A stretch of 64,000 nucleotides of DNA, taken from contig CM060732.1 of assembly GCA_030704615.1 (NCBI GenBank), positions 3,472,001 through 3,536,000 on the forward strand. Reading direction: 5' to 3'. This DNA comes from Takakia lepidozioides. Taxonomy: Eukaryota > Plantae > Bryophyta. The position numbers were made by a program, and so were the translations under genes. The notes below the pieces were generated by a model. The model saw nothing but the letters and a program-made list of their open reading frames with translations. It had not been told where the DNA came from and searched no databases. Shown piece after piece: positions 63,201 through 64,000 of this stretch (position 1 is the first letter of the stretch; every line of letters starts with the position of its first letter).

Positions 63201-64000
63201 GCGCTTGCCAAGGTACATTTCACCCGTCTTGGTGGCCGGGGGTGTGCTCAACTGAGCATCCGGCTCAGCAACAACCTCCCGAATAGGAGAGCTGGCTGAG
63301 CCGGCCCCTGGCGCATCGAAGACGGGGACAAGAGGGGGGGGGGGGGGTAGGACTGGCCTCGGGGGGAGGACGACTCCTCCGGCTGCGGCTGTCGATGGGG
63401 CTGGTAAACCGTGAGACGCCAGCTCGTGTCACACGTGCCGACAGAGCATATGGGTTCTCCGCCCCTTTCTTTGGGGCAGGGGACTTCTTCTCTTTCCCCA
63501 TAAGCCTGGCACCTGTCATGCAAACCCAAAAGTTGGCCTCACCAGAAAACAACCTCTACATTCCAGATCCAAAAGAAAAAAGAAAAAAGAAACATGTGGG
63601 GGGCTGAGAGCAGCAAGTGCTGCTGGTCTCGAGAGGGGGCAACAAACAAACAAACAAAAAAGGTTGGGGGTTTTTTTTTTTTTCGATCTCTCCCTCTCTC
63701 TTCCTCTCTTTTGTGCTGCTCACAAAACAAAACAAACCAAGAAGGAGAGAGGGGGCAACAACGGAAAAAATAATTTTAAAAATAAATAAAATAAATTGGG
63801 GGGGAGTGACTGAGCAGCTGCTCAGTCACCCCCCCCCCCCCCCCCCCACCCTTTTTTTTTTTTGGGTTTCCTGATCTCTCCCTCTCTTTTGTGTTGCTCA
63901 CAAAAAAAAAAAAAAAAAAAAAAAAAAACAGAGAGGGAGAGAGGGGGCAGAAAAAGTTAAAGGTTAAAAATAGGTTTTGGGGTAGGGGTTAGGGTTTCCA
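60262..64000 (-). mobile_element. CACTA (En/Spm) element end, running out of the window
   Basis: Terminus CACTACAAAAAAAG at 60262 followed by dense GCGACG/CGTCGC subterminal repeats to ~60960, then a TnpA-like gene. Confidence 0.8.
61250..63530 (-). pseudogene. TnpA-like (Ptta/En/Spm, Transposase_24-like) multi-exon gene, degenerate
   Basis: Exons reading ...WADQHFGTKRAYARELDCRFPGNW...NLKDKRYRAREII... and VSWDVLIAGENDAAKKAILEQAREATTAKHKSTHKWGTGGSKG, separated by probable introns. Ends approximate. Confidence 0.6.

Noticed and set aside
63960-64000. Telomere-like TAGGGTT motifs
   Set aside because: Only a few degenerate units; more likely a telo-box or low-complexity tract than a telomere.

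Overview
This is eukaryotic, plant-like DNA (probably a non-seed land plant; inferred from the TE lineages) made almost entirely of nested, partly decayed transposable elements. I recognise no host gene, rRNA, tRNA or CRISPR array, and there is a 500-N gap at 2719-3218. (1) Three partial copies of a Mutator-like (MULE) DNA transposon (3219-8065, 23013-31266, 54750-56811) share TIRs and overlap enough to reconstruct a ~13 kb element. It carries a GCM-like/DDE/SWIM transposase and, divergently, an intron-containing gene for a ParB/Srx-like domain plus a bacterial-type beta-class N6-adenine/N4-cytosine DNA methyltransferase, with arrays of GGCGCC-centred palindromes between and around the genes. 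(2) A full-length Ty3/Gypsy element (39157-50309) has a DNMT3-like C5 methyltransferase between protease and RT and a PHD finger after integrase. Its terminal repeats are arranged B-internal-A-B-A, with an apparent LTR-LTR circle junction and a CAAC target duplication, so it looks like an integrated 2-LTR circle. (3) Other elements: two oppositely oriented copies of a non-chromovirus Gypsy with a long extra 3' ORF, a truncated Galadriel-like Gypsy, a further decayed Gypsy, a gag fragment preceded by two paralogous Cys/His-rich ORFs, and the end of a CACTA element. Many ORFs carry frameshifts or stops, from real decay and/or assembly indels. All domain calls come from motif recognition by eye, not database searches.
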